From NCBI GenBank assembly GCA_012523015.1, contig JAAYJI010000164.1, positions 1-62,995 on the forward strand: a stretch of DNA of 62,995 bases. The letters are read 5' to 3'. The notes under the pieces are model-generated. The model had not been told where the DNA came from. It ran no database searches and saw nothing but the letters and a program-made list of their open reading frames with translations. Within the stretch, counting starts at the first letter, position 1. Each line of letters opens with the position of its first letter. Shown in pieces: positions 36,642 to 45,676 of this stretch. A program made the translations under genes and the position numbers. Source of the stretch: Candidatus Hydrogenedentota bacterium (GTDB lineage: Bacteria > Hydrogenedentota > Hydrogenedentia > Hydrogenedentales > CAITNO01).

Positions 36642-37769
36642 ATGGCTTTTGATCATGCAAAATTAGAGCGGCATGAATCGATGCTGCGAAAAATGCATCC
36701 CACGTTGAACCAACTTTCCATTGTGGTGCATACCTTGGATGAGGCGCCTATTGAGGAGATCGCGTTGCTCATTGATCAAGCATGGTGCCGTGTCTATGGA
36801 GAGCGTGTACGTATTGCCTATTCGCCGGCATTTCTGCGTTATTGTATGGGGCCAGAGTCAACCCATGGTTTCGCTGTGACGGCATGGGAAGAGGGCCTAT
36901 TGCAGGGGGTAATACTCGCCTTTCCGCTGCCCGTCCAATTTCAAAAGACTTCGCCGCCTGCCGTGTTGACTACGGGGCTTTGTGTGACTAAAACTTGGGA
37001 AAAACAGGGGCTGCTCCAATTGCTGTTGATCCGTCACGGGCTGACTTTAGCGGAAAAAGGCATTTCGTGGAGTTTCCATTGGCGCGCCACAAAAGGATCA
37101 AAAGGGCGCAGTGCGGGACAGGCTCTCGCCTATGCAGGCAGCTCACCGCTTTTTGCGCGACCCTTGCACCTTAGCCGTGCCGCTGTTATGGGGCGCATTT
37201 CTAAAAAAGAAAAGCTGGGCATGACCTTGCTCACTTTCTTATACGCCTGCCGCCGCTTCTTCAATCGTCTTCCCAAAGATTATGTGTTGAAGCCCATTGG
37301 ACAAGAGAATGTGGACTTGGCAGTGTCTTTACTCAAAAAGTGTTTTCAGACGGACGGGGTCACGCTTAATTACGCGCCGCAACAACTCCTTTGGGAGACT
37401 ACTTTTCATCAAGAAGACATTCAGGCTTTCGGCTGGCTTTTATCGCGCCAGGGGGTTCCGCTGGCGCTCGCCCACGGTTACATCAATCCTGTGTATCGGG
37501 GGGAACGCTACTTCGCTTTAGATCGTCTTGTCTTTGACCCTGCTCTCAAGCTCGGTGAGCGCCGCGCCTTTCTGGCAAAAATTGAAACCCATATGCTGCA
37601 GCAATTGGACTGTTGCGCCGTCATGATGACGGGAACGGCATCGAATGAAGAGCCCGGACGGTTGGGATATCATGCTGTGAAAAAGTATTTTTGGGGCGCC
37701 ATGGAAAGCGGCGAACTTTCTGAACTTTCCCTTGCCGATCTGGAAGGATTAATGCTGCCCCTGAGATAA
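36642..37769 (+). CDS. Hypothetical protein with tandem-GNAT, N-myristoyltransferase-like motif pattern
   Basis: VRIAYSPAFLRYCMGPEST..FAVTAWEEGLLQGVILAFPLPVQF...LCVTKTWEKQGLLQLLLIRH parallels the eukaryotic NMT segment FRF.YS.EFL.WAL.PPGW..W..GVR......LVGFISAIP..I......INFLCVHKKLRSKR..PVLI.E (recalled from memory). Remote similarity only. Confidence 0.45.
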   Translation: MAFDHAKLERHESMLRKMHPTLNQLSIVVHTLDEAPIEEIALLIDQAWCRVYGERVRIAYSPAFLRYCMGPESTHGFAVTAWEEGLLQGVILAFPLPVQFQKTSPPAVLTTGLCVTKTWEKQGLLQLLLIRHGLTLAEKGISWSFHWRATKGSKGRSAGQALAYAGSSPLFARPLHLSRAAVMGRISKKEKLGMTLLTFLYACRRFFNRLPKDYVLKPIGQENVDLAVSLLKKCFQTDGVTLNYAPQQLLWETTFHQEDIQAFGWLLSRQGVPLALAHGYINPVYRGERYFALDRLVFDPALKLGERRAFLAKIETHMLQQLDCCAVMMTGTASNEEPGRLGYHAVKKYFWGAMESGELSELSLADLEGLMLPLR

Positions 37770-37977
37770 TCCTTGCCCGCCGCTGCTGCTGATCTAAAAT
37801 ATCTTCGCGCCGATTTCCGCACTGCTCCCCGTCTCCTTCATCATGCCTGTTTTTTTCTGCCATGAAATTTTGTGAAGAATCATGACGAGTGTTATTATAC
37901 AATTTGAGAGTTGTCCTGTTCTGTAACATTATCTTTGTTGCAGCATCTTTATTTTTCAACCCAAAAAGGAGAGTAAC

Positions 37978-38865
37978 ATGAAATCAGCAAACCTCGCTTT
38001 GGCTTTCTCAAGTATGGCACTTGTCTTTGCGTTGCCCGGCGTTGTCGTCGGTGTAGCCGCTGCCGATTCCACAGCCCCCGACGCGGACGCCATCGGCTGG
38101 CGTATCGGCTGCCAGTTGTGGAGTTTTAACAAGTTCAGCTTTATGGAAGCTATCGATAAGACCGCCTCCATTGGCTTGAAATATGCAGAGGCTTTTCCCG
38201 GACAACGCTTAAGTCTTGTTCTGCCTGAAACCGTCAAATTCGACCATACCATGAGCGAAGAACACCGTCTGCTGGCGCAGCAGAAATTGGAAGAGGCAGG
38301 AGTGAAATTGCTGTGTTATGGCGTGGTCGGCCTTTCCCGAAATGAAACTGAGGCGCGGAAAGTATTTGAGTTTGCGAAAGTGATGGGCATTGAGACGGTC
38401 GTATCGGAACCGGCGAAGAAGAACCTGCCTGCTATTGATGAATTGGCAAAAGAATACAATATCAATGTTGCCATTCATAATCATCCCAAACCTTCCTACT
38501 ATTGGGATTATAAGGTGGCATTGGATGCCTTGGAGGACTGCAGCCCGCGCCTTGGTGTTTGTGCCGATACAGGGCACTGGTCCCGCTCCGGGCTGGATCC
38601 GCTTGATGCGGTAAAAGCGCTCAAAGGACGTCTCATCTCCTTCCACCTCAAAGATCTCAATGCGGCAGGCGAAGCGGACGCCCATGATGTGATCTGGGGA
38701 ACCGGCGCTTTGGATCTTAAAGCCCTGTTAAAGGAAGTCAAGGACCAGGGTGTTGAAACCCCCGTGTTCTCCATCGAATATGAGTACAATTGGGATAACA
38801 ATGTACCGGATATCGCGGCGTGTGTCGAATATTTCAACCAAGTTGTATCTGAATTTGAGAAATAA
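37978..38865 (+). CDS. Secreted sugar phosphate isomerase/epimerase (xylose isomerase-like TIM barrel)
   Basis: Signal peptide MKSANLALAFSSMALVFALPGVVVGVAAA. Family pattern IETVVSEP...VAIHNHP...CADTGHW...FHLKD. Confidence 0.75.
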   Translation: MKSANLALAFSSMALVFALPGVVVGVAAADSTAPDADAIGWRIGCQLWSFNKFSFMEAIDKTASIGLKYAEAFPGQRLSLVLPETVKFDHTMSEEHRLLAQQKLEEAGVKLLCYGVVGLSRNETEARKVFEFAKVMGIETVVSEPAKKNLPAIDELAKEYNINVAIHNHPKPSYYWDYKVALDALEDCSPRLGVCADTGHWSRSGLDPLDAVKALKGRLISFHLKDLNAAGEADAHDVIWGTGALDLKALLKEVKDQGVETPVFSIEYEYNWDNNVPDIAACVEYFNQVVSEFEK

Positions 38866-38928
38866 TAGGGATGCAAAACAGCAGCTTTAAGCGATTTTAT
38901 GGCTGCTGAGAAAATATTCTTGATCAGG

Positions 38929-38966
38929 ATCCGGAGGCGGTTTAGGCTCGCCTCCGGATTTTTTTT
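38929..38966 (+). terminator. Rho-independent terminator
   Basis: ATCCGGAGGCG-gtttaggct-CGCCTCCGGAT followed by T7-8, 64 nt after the stop at 38865. Confidence 0.8.
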
Positions 38967-39317
38967 GGTGTTATCTGTAATCAGGGGTATTTTAGAGGAG
39001 CCACGGAACATTATTCTTTCCATTTTGGCGCCGTGTTTCGTTGATCCAAGGTTCATTATTCCTTCTTTAATTTCGTTATTGATCCAATTGTTATAACTCC
39101 TGAATATGGGATTATAGGGAATATATCCTCCTGAATCGAGATCCAGTCTTTAAAATTTAATGGGATTACAAGGAATACTATTGTTTAATTCGATAATGGA
39201 TTGACGAATAGCCCATATCGCTGACAATTTCATGGTACAATCAATAGAGAGTTGATTTTTGTCATTCTTCTGTTTATAATTCATAAATATCAGTTTTAAT
39301 AAAAGGGATTTGCTACC

Positions 39318-39674
39318 ATGTTGCAATATACAGAAGACGAATTGAAACGCTGTTATGAAGTAGCCCGCAACTTATTAAAAGAAGCTGAAAAACGTGCCAT
39401 CTCTCGTCATCGTGAGTCGCTCATGAAAGCGTGGGATCGTGATGTATCTTATGAAGAAGCATGCCAAGACTGGAACGACAATCATTGCGACGCATGGCGC
39501 GCCCGCCGTATGCAATGTATGCTCCATGATCAGCGCGAGACCATCTCACGGCACAAATGGATTGAGTCTGAAAAAGCACGGAAAGATCTCGGCCGTGCTG
39601 CTGCCGCTGATTGGGTCGTCAAATACGCCCCCGTCTGGCGCATCCAGTGGGAAGGTTCCCATCTGGATGAGTAG
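39318..39674 (+). CDS. Hypothetical 118-aa cytoplasmic protein
   Basis: Clean ORF in an otherwise AT-rich gap, with charged helical composition (..RHKWIESEKARKDLGRAAAADWVVKYAPVWR..). I recognise no family with confidence. Confidence 0.55.
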   Translation: MLQYTEDELKRCYEVARNLLKEAEKRAISRHRESLMKAWDRDVSYEEACQDWNDNHCDAWRARRMQCMLHDQRETISRHKWIESEKARKDLGRAAAADWVVKYAPVWRIQWEGSHLDE

Positions 39675-39714
39675 TGTTGATCTTTACTGACCTCTCCGAT
39701 ACACAATTGCCCCT

Positions 39715-40989
39715 TTAGCGCTCTTTTTTCCCGCGGCGTCGATTCCCCGGTTTATAGGCTCTTTGTCGGATCAGATAGGTGCCTGCGGCTAGGGGAATTC
39801 CAACAAGTATTAGGGCAACAACCAAATATACGCGGAAGCCTTCTTGGGGCTCTTCTGTTGGCAGGTCTCTATTTTGAGAGCCTCTCATAGTCTTTGCCCT
39901 TGAACCCTGCCCGGGAATCATCTCTTCTTGTTTTCTTTTCGATTCCTCCGCATGGAGCAGCGCCGCTTCCTTTTTTTCCTCTCCTATATTACCGTCCCCT
40001 TCTGTTTCCGTGTCAGCCTGTTGTTCTCCTTCCGTATCGGTACTTCTTTCTTCCAGTTCGTCTTTAAAGGATTTTGGCCGTAACGCGGAGAGATCAGGCA
40101 GATCAAGTGCCCTATGTTGCTGTGCTTCTTCTGTGAGGGGTGCACTGGCTGCGTCTTGTTGATCCTGAAGGGCAGGTGTTGAGGGAGCGCTTTGTTGTAT
40201 CGCCATAGGCAGCGGCGGCGCGGTAATTGAAGCAGGACGATCTCTTGCGGGCAGCGCTTCCTCTTCCTCCAGCACAATTACGTGCCGTGTGGCGGTGGCG
40301 TTTTGTTCACTCGTTCTTGAACTCACACTGTATTCGAGGGTGTACTCACCGGGAGTTTGCGTGTCCACAGAACCGGTGACCAAAACGTAGGCGGATATAT
40401 CCTGTTTATCGTGATCGATTGCAGTATAGCCGGGTTCCTGCCACAGTGCATGGAGTTGTATTTCGAGGGGGTTCGCTCCCAGCAGCGTTAATTCCGGCGC
40501 CTGTGGTTCGGGACCTTCAACAAAGCTAATTGGAGGTGCCGCCCACAAAGGACCGTCACCAAGGCGATATTCGAGATTTCCCAAAAGTTCCTTATTGCCC
40601 CAAGCGCTTTCCGGCACAAGAACCGTATACGTAAATACACAGATTGGTCGAGGCGGGACGATCCACGCAAAGCCGAAGGGCGGCATGCTGTTCGGTTCCG
40701 GCGCCACAGCAGGTGTGGAATAAGCATCGCCTTGAAGGGATAAGAAGCGCCAGTCTTCGGGAAGATATTCTTCCAATCCGATAGCCCGTGCATTGTCCAG
40801 ATCTGCACCTAGTATGGTGATGGTTATATCAAAGGGCTGCCCGGGATGGTAAAAGGATTCATGCTGACGGTAGACAGTCATTCCCGTTGAAATGGGTAGA
40901 TCTTGCCCCCAAGACGACGTGGTCGAGACGGCTAGCAGGAAGACCAGTCCCACAAAGAAGGAATAGCAGCACTTTGACACGCTATTCAT
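39715..40989 (-). CDS. Secreted, tail-anchored protein with a bacterial Ig-like (DUF5011/HYR-like) domain
   Basis: Signal peptide present. The Ig-like segment reads LTLLGANPLEIQLHALWQEPGYTAIDHDKQDISAYVLVTGSVDTQTPGEYTLEYSV. An acidic low-complexity linker follows. The C-terminal TM plus tail reads RQRAYKPGNRRRGKKER. Confidence 0.7.
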   Translation of the reverse strand: MNSVSKCCYSFFVGLVFLLAVSTTSSWGQDLPISTGMTVYRQHESFYHPGQPFDITITILGADLDNARAIGLEEYLPEDWRFLSLQGDAYSTPAVAPEPNSMPPFGFAWIVPPRPICVFTYTVLVPESAWGNKELLGNLEYRLGDGPLWAAPPISFVEGPEPQAPELTLLGANPLEIQLHALWQEPGYTAIDHDKQDISAYVLVTGSVDTQTPGEYTLEYSVSSRTSEQNATATRHVIVLEEEEALPARDRPASITAPPLPMAIQQSAPSTPALQDQQDAASAPLTEEAQQHRALDLPDLSALRPKSFKDELEERSTDTEGEQQADTETEGDGNIGEEKKEAALLHAEESKRKQEEMIPGQGSRAKTMRGSQNRDLPTEEPQEGFRVYLVVALILVGIPLAAGTYLIRQRAYKPGNRRRGKKER

Positions 40990-41004
40990 GATGGGCGGCT
41001 CTTT

Positions 41005-41835
41005 TCAAGAAGGACGATCATTTTCTTTTCCTGCCGGTTGGTCGTGTTCGTTGTCGGCGGGGCCGGGGTGAAACAGCTTGGACGTGAAGCGGGAGCGGAG
41101 CAAAGCGCTATAGATACGGGATGAATCGCGGAACTTACGAAAATGAGAACTTCGATTGCCCGGCTCGTAGAGCGTGGAGACCGATGCAGCCTGTAATTGA
41201 TACCCGCGCCGAATCGCGTAAAGAATCATGAGCAGCTCGGTCTCGTAGCGTCCACAGGGAACGGCGTGGACGAAGTCTTGTGCAAAGCCCGGCGATAACA
41301 AGCGATAGCCGCATTGGGTATCGCTTAAAGGGCAGGCGAAAAATCGGTTCATGATCCACGCAGTCAGTCGATTCCCGAATCGGCTGCGCCACGGTGTTTT
41401 GGATTTGTCTAAATGGCGAGAACCGACCAGTAAATCGGCGACAGTTTCTTGGAAGACCGCAAACAAATGGGGCAGTTCGTGGGGATTATGCTGTCCGTCG
41501 GCGTCGAGCAAGGCAATGCACTTTAGGCCGGGCATGGCGATGGCACGGCGTATACCGGCATTCAGCGCATGTCCTTTACCTTTGTTATGAGGGAATCGAA
41601 TGAGCGTAACAGCTTCGTTTTCGATGTCTTCCGTGCCGCCGTCCGTACTGCCATCATCGACAACTATGACCCTGTTCACATACTGGAAGCTTTCTTCCAG
41701 GACGGGACGGAGACGCGGCCCTGCATTGAAACAAGGGATTACCACCACAACACAGTTTCTGAGGTGGTCATCGGAACCGTGGGCATTTGTTTCATACATA
41801 ACCGTGCTTTCCGGGTTGCACTTTCTTATCGGCAC
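41005..41835 (-). CDS. Family 2 glycosyltransferase (polyprenyl-phosphate glycosyltransferase-like)
   Basis: VVVIPCFNAG...VIVVDDGSTDGG...LLDADGQH. The listed start is GTG 41835, but ATG 41799 (MYETNAH..) is equally plausible. Confidence 0.85.
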   Translation of the reverse strand: MPIRKCNPESTVMYETNAHGSDDHLRNCVVVVIPCFNAGPRLRPVLEESFQYVNRVIVVDDGSTDGGTEDIENEAVTLIRFPHNKGKGHALNAGIRRAIAMPGLKCIALLDADGQHNPHELPHLFAVFQETVADLLVGSRHLDKSKTPWRSRFGNRLTAWIMNRFFACPLSDTQCGYRLLSPGFAQDFVHAVPCGRYETELLMILYAIRRGYQLQAASVSTLYEPGNRSSHFRKFRDSSRIYSALLRSRFTSKLFHPGPADNEHDQPAGKENDRPS

Positions 41836-41925
41836 CGCGTCAGTGCGCGAACTAATGGTCGCTTATCATGGTAGCACGACCGTCTCCGTGTGACGTAATA
41901 GATGGCATGCGTTTTTCAAGAAGCC

Positions 41926-42073
41926 GATTTAAGGTTGAAATACGACCGGTTCAAAAAAAGAGGACATCACAGAGATCCTCCGTAGAATAGTTCTAGCAAA
42001 ACACCCGAAGGAGTCCATAATGTCCTACCACTATTTTACACGAAATGGCCGTATAAAAGGAGAAACACTTACA
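41926..42073 (-). repeat. Copy 2 of the unclassified non-coding element (core 41926-42024), inverted relative to copy 1
   Basis: The reverse complement matches 25484-25583 (see copy 1). It lies between the comEA stop (42178) and the GT2 start. It contains GGAGGA-N11-TCCTCT followed by T7, which resembles a terminator. Confidence 0.6.
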
Positions 42074-42177
42074 ACTGTCCGAGCGCCCCACCATCCACGA
42101 CGATTGAGAACAGAGAAATCTTTGGTGAGCATCGAAGCTTTCGTGTGCGCTGTGGAGCGTACATGGAAGACCGGATT

Positions 42178-42993
42178 TTATTCCACCCTAATAAGAAGCC
42201 GCACGGCGTCGAATTTTTTCTCACCAATACCGGAGACTTCCATGAGATCTTCAATCTTTTGGAAAGGACATTGCTCGCGATAGGCAACAATTTTTTCTGC
42301 AGTCTTGGGACCGATGCCCGGCAATTGCTGTAATTCTGTGAGGGATGCCGTGTTCAGATCGATCAACCCATTTGTTTGCGTTACTTTAGGGGCTGCAGCG
42401 GCTTCTCCATAGGTTTCACTTGCCGCCGCCCCGGTTTGATGGTCTATAGGTAATCCCGGTGATTTTGCGGAGGGAGCTTGCCAGCCGCTGCGCGTATAAG
42501 ATCTTGTATTCACGTTGTTGGATAAAGCGCTGCGCCGCATCGCAACCCCTTGATCTGTACCGCTTTTAATTTCCTGAAAGGGAATATATAAATCACTGCA
42601 ATCTATTAAGGACGCGGCAATGTTGATATCACTCATGTCTGCGTCTTCGAGAAATCCGCCGGCTTTATTCAGGGCGGCTTGAACGCGCTGTCCCTCTTGG
42701 AATGTATAGGTGCCTGCCCGTCGTACTGCGCCGGCAACAGAGACTACCACAGAGGGACCGTTATGTACAGGTGTCGGTTCTATGAGGGATATCGCAAGGT
42801 TTACATCGGCGGCGGCGATAGGCGCAGCAACGACATCCCCGCTCTCAAGGAGAGGCTCTAAGTCTTCTATAGCGGTGAATACCTCATCCTCTATGGGGGA
42901 ATTCCATCGGGTAAAGTACAGTCCTATACCGAGGACAAGCCCAAGCAAGACAAGACTCCCGGCGAGGACACAAATCTTTTTCCCCATATGCAT
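42178..42993 (-). CDS. comEA: ComEA-family helix-hairpin-helix DNA-binding protein (TM anchor, SLBB-like domain, HhH2)
   Basis: C-terminal IDLNTASLTELQQLPGIGPKTAEKIVAYRE...FQKIEDLMEVSGIGEKKF. Confidence 0.85.
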   Translation of the reverse strand: MHMGKKICVLAGSLVLLGLVLGIGLYFTRWNSPIEDEVFTAIEDLEPLLESGDVVAAPIAAADVNLAISLIEPTPVHNGPSVVVSVAGAVRRAGTYTFQEGQRVQAALNKAGGFLEDADMSDINIAASLIDCSDLYIPFQEIKSGTDQGVAMRRSALSNNVNTRSYTRSGWQAPSAKSPGLPIDHQTGAAASETYGEAAAAPKVTQTNGLIDLNTASLTELQQLPGIGPKTAEKIVAYREQCPFQKIEDLMEVSGIGEKKFDAVRLLIRVE

Positions 42994-43050
42994 TCCCTCC
43001 CTTTCCTATGGCTAAGGTTCTTTGCTTTTGTGTCAATCTGTGAGCCGCGC

Positions 43051-44952
43051 TCAATTCAAAATGACATCGCCGTTACGGCTTTCGAGGACTACCGTGTAGT
43101 TGCCTTCGTTGATGCGTCCGAAAAATTCCTGGACATCCTGGTTAATGGATCCTAAAAGCGGTAAGGCACTTTGCACGCGTCCGCCGCCGGTCCTAACCGT
43201 AATGGAAGCATCAGAATTTGGATTGATAAAGGCATTCAAATTCCCGTCCTCCACTAAGATGTCGTAGTTGCCTCGAACCGGTTCCAAAGATAAGAGACGT
43301 ACATCTCCACCTTTACAATGTATGGAGACATCCCCTCCCGGGGCGTCTATATAGACCGGGCCTTCTGCCACATTCAAGACGAGATTGCCGTCCATGGATT
43401 CCACGACGGCAGCGCCGGAGCGTGTGTTGATCACGGCTGCTCCGCCACAGTTCTTGAGTGTTACTGCGCCGGTTTTATTGTCGATACGCAATTCGCCTTG
43501 ACAGCTGTCCAGAATGATCTCTCCTTTTTTCTGGCTTAATTGGCATCCGTTGGTCATGTTGGTAATGGTTGTTATCCCTTCCTCGGCGGTGATGACCATA
43601 GGCATGCTATGCGGTGCTTGGACATCAAAGTCGACGCGATAGGATTCACAGCCCCAAGTTGCCATGGATCCGGCAACAAGGCTTTTCAAGGAGAGGAGCG
43701 ACGCGTTTTGGTCGGTGTCCAAGTGCAGCGCCTCCAGCGCGCCCATACCCGCTGCCACCGAGGGCGCCCATACAACGCGTGTCGCCGCAAGGGAGAGCTC
43801 CGTCCCTTCAATGCCTTCAATATGGATATTGCCGGGTATGGCTTGCAGAACCATAGAATTGTCTTCAGAGATAGGAATGTTTTCTGTGACGAGGTCGGTA
43901 AAGGCTTTGAAGTCACTATGTGCAGGCAATGCACCTTCAAAGTTTTTGCCTTCCATGGCAATGGAGACATCGCTGAAAGCCGCGTTGATGAGGATGTGGT
44001 GATCTGCATCGGCATCAGATCGTTTGACCAGTAATTGCCTGCCCCGTTCTTGACGGGTAACTTCCACTTGCGATTCAAACTTCCCGTAGGAAAGGGTCGC
44101 ATTGAGATCGGGGCGGGTCGTTGCGGGCAGCACAATCTGCACGTGCCCGTTGTCACTGGAAAGTATGATGGACGACTGGGGCGCGGGGCGTCGGAAGGTT
44201 ACGGATCCTCGGAAATGCTGGACTGAAAGTTCGCCTTGGAAATCGCTGAAATCGGCATCGGCATTTTGCAGGGTAAAGACACCGCCTTGTTTTAAGCCGG
44301 CGGCGCGCACTTGGAAGGCTCCAATGACCTGAGCGCGGACGGTACCGCTGATTTGAGACAATTCCAAGTCGCCATATTGCACGCCTGCAGTGAGGGTTCC
44401 GGCTAGACCGGCGACATAGACATCACCAAAATAGTTTTCGACAGAGAGATTCGCATCGCGGGGCAACAAGACTTGATAGTTTACGGTCATGGACACCTTG
44501 CCGCCCCCTTTAATATCGGGCAGCTGTGAGCGGCACTCGAGAAAGTCGATTCCTTCTGTCACGTTGACGTCTATAAGTTCTGCCACTTGTTCTGCCGCCG
44601 CCCGCGTCTCTGCCCCGACCATAATGGAGGCGTTGATGCGTACCAGACGTTCGTTCCAGACATTGACGCGTATTTCACCAAATTCATTGGAAAGGAAAAG
44701 CATGGGCGTTGGGCCGACGGAGTATTGTTCGTCGAAGGTACGTTCTGCGACAACTACGGTGCTGTCCCCTTCAGAAAAGGATAAGCCCGATCCGATGATC
44801 TCGCCTGTGCGCCGCCCCAGATAATCCATGCCCCGTGCCAAATCTTCGATTCCGGTCTGGATGTTCTCGATGATTTGTGCGCCTGCTGTACACTCCATCA
44901 CCAGCGCCAACAGTAAAAAAAAGAAAAGCCTTCTCCCGTGAATGTCTTTCAT
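43051..44952 (-). CDS. Secreted DUF4097-like beta-strand-repeat (putative adhesin fold) protein
   Basis: Signal peptide present. There are repetitive G-D-V/I-x-V/L strand motifs (GDVYVAG, GDLELSQ, GGDVSIHCKGGDVRLL, NGDVILN). It lies downstream of a sigma/anti-sigma pair. Confidence 0.65.
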   Translation of the reverse strand: MKDIHGRRLFFFLLLALVMECTAGAQIIENIQTGIEDLARGMDYLGRRTGEIIGSGLSFSEGDSTVVVAERTFDEQYSVGPTPMLFLSNEFGEIRVNVWNERLVRINASIMVGAETRAAAEQVAELIDVNVTEGIDFLECRSQLPDIKGGGKVSMTVNYQVLLPRDANLSVENYFGDVYVAGLAGTLTAGVQYGDLELSQISGTVRAQVIGAFQVRAAGLKQGGVFTLQNADADFSDFQGELSVQHFRGSVTFRRPAPQSSIILSSDNGHVQIVLPATTRPDLNATLSYGKFESQVEVTRQERGRQLLVKRSDADADHHILINAAFSDVSIAMEGKNFEGALPAHSDFKAFTDLVTENIPISEDNSMVLQAIPGNIHIEGIEGTELSLAATRVVWAPSVAAGMGALEALHLDTDQNASLLSLKSLVAGSMATWGCESYRVDFDVQAPHSMPMVITAEEGITTITNMTNGCQLSQKKGEIILDSCQGELRIDNKTGAVTLKNCGGAAVINTRSGAAVVESMDGNLVLNVAEGPVYIDAPGGDVSIHCKGGDVRLLSLEPVRGNYDILVEDGNLNAFINPNSDASITVRTGGGRVQSALPLLGSINQDVQEFFGRINEGNYTVVLESRNGDVILN

Positions 44953-44977
44953 TTACTACTTCCTGTCATAAGGTCCC

Positions 44978-45661
44978 CTAAAGACTGCGGTCAAAATAGA
45001 GATCTCGCAAATCTTCCATCTGACGTTCAAGGCTTAAAACAAATACCTGATTCGCGCGATTATGCCCGGGATTACGTTGCAGCGCGGCTTGTGCCGCTTT
45101 CAAATCATTATCCAACAACTCAAGAGACCGCCGATATTCTTTTTTGCGCGGTGAGTCGAGTGCATCGTTTCTGATAGCAGGTGATGAGGAGAGCGCTTCC
45201 AGTGCAGCCGTATGCCGTAACAATTCTCCCGAATGATCCGTTCTTTTATAGGTAGGTAATGTCATGCTGAAAGCGGCTGTTTCGGATCGGATCACGGCGT
45301 CTTGCAGCGCTGTCCTAAAGTAAAGGGGCGTGATTAAAAGTAACGCCGCCGCACAGGCTGCGAATTGAAAGGCGCGGAAGTATTGTTTTTTCGGAGGCGG
45401 GGCACTGCGTCGGTTCAATTCACGGCGTGCTCGAAGAATGATTTCCTGTGTTAGGGCGCCGGATGGTGCGGGAGAAGAGGATAATTCCACCAGCTCAAGG
45501 GAGGTGCGCATGCGCCTGATTTCCCCGGCACAACGGGAGCAGGAAGCAATATGCGCTGCCAACAAGGACGAGACAGAGCCATTGGGATCAAGCAATGACT
45601 CTGCAAAGTCTACCAGTTGGCCTTGTGTCGGATGACCGATGCCCTTGTAATTGAGTCGCAT
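44978..45661 (-). CDS. Anti-sigma factor (zf-HC2 type, single TM)
   Basis: H-x3-C-x2-C motif HIASCSRC, and TM segment FQFAACAAALLLITPLYF. It is 16 nt downstream of the ECF sigma gene. Confidence 0.75.
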   Translation of the reverse strand: MRLNYKGIGHPTQGQLVDFAESLLDPNGSVSSLLAAHIASCSRCAGEIRRMRTSLELVELSSSPAPSGALTQEIILRARRELNRRSAPPPKKQYFRAFQFAACAAALLLITPLYFRTALQDAVIRSETAAFSMTLPTYKRTDHSGELLRHTAALEALSSSPAIRNDALDSPRKKEYRRSLELLDNDLKAAQAALQRNPGHNRANQVFVLSLERQMEDLRDLYFDRSL

Positions 45662-45676
45662 AGGATGGGACTCCGT

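Noticed and set aside
25484-42024. The inverted ~100-nt repeats as ends of a composite transposon, genomic island or invertible segment
   Set aside because: The 16.3-kb interior carries core genes (secA, lepB, an lpxH-like gene, comEA nearby) and no transposase, integrase or recombinase. The copies are only about 83% identical, lack terminal inverted repeats of their own, and show no flanking direct duplications. Inversion remains testable but is not supported by the sequence.
42020-42283. An 87-aa plus-strand ORF starting inside copy 2 of the repeat element
   Set aside because: It overlaps the 3' end of comEA on the opposite strand, and its 5' part is the non-coding repeat. There is no RBS or domain.
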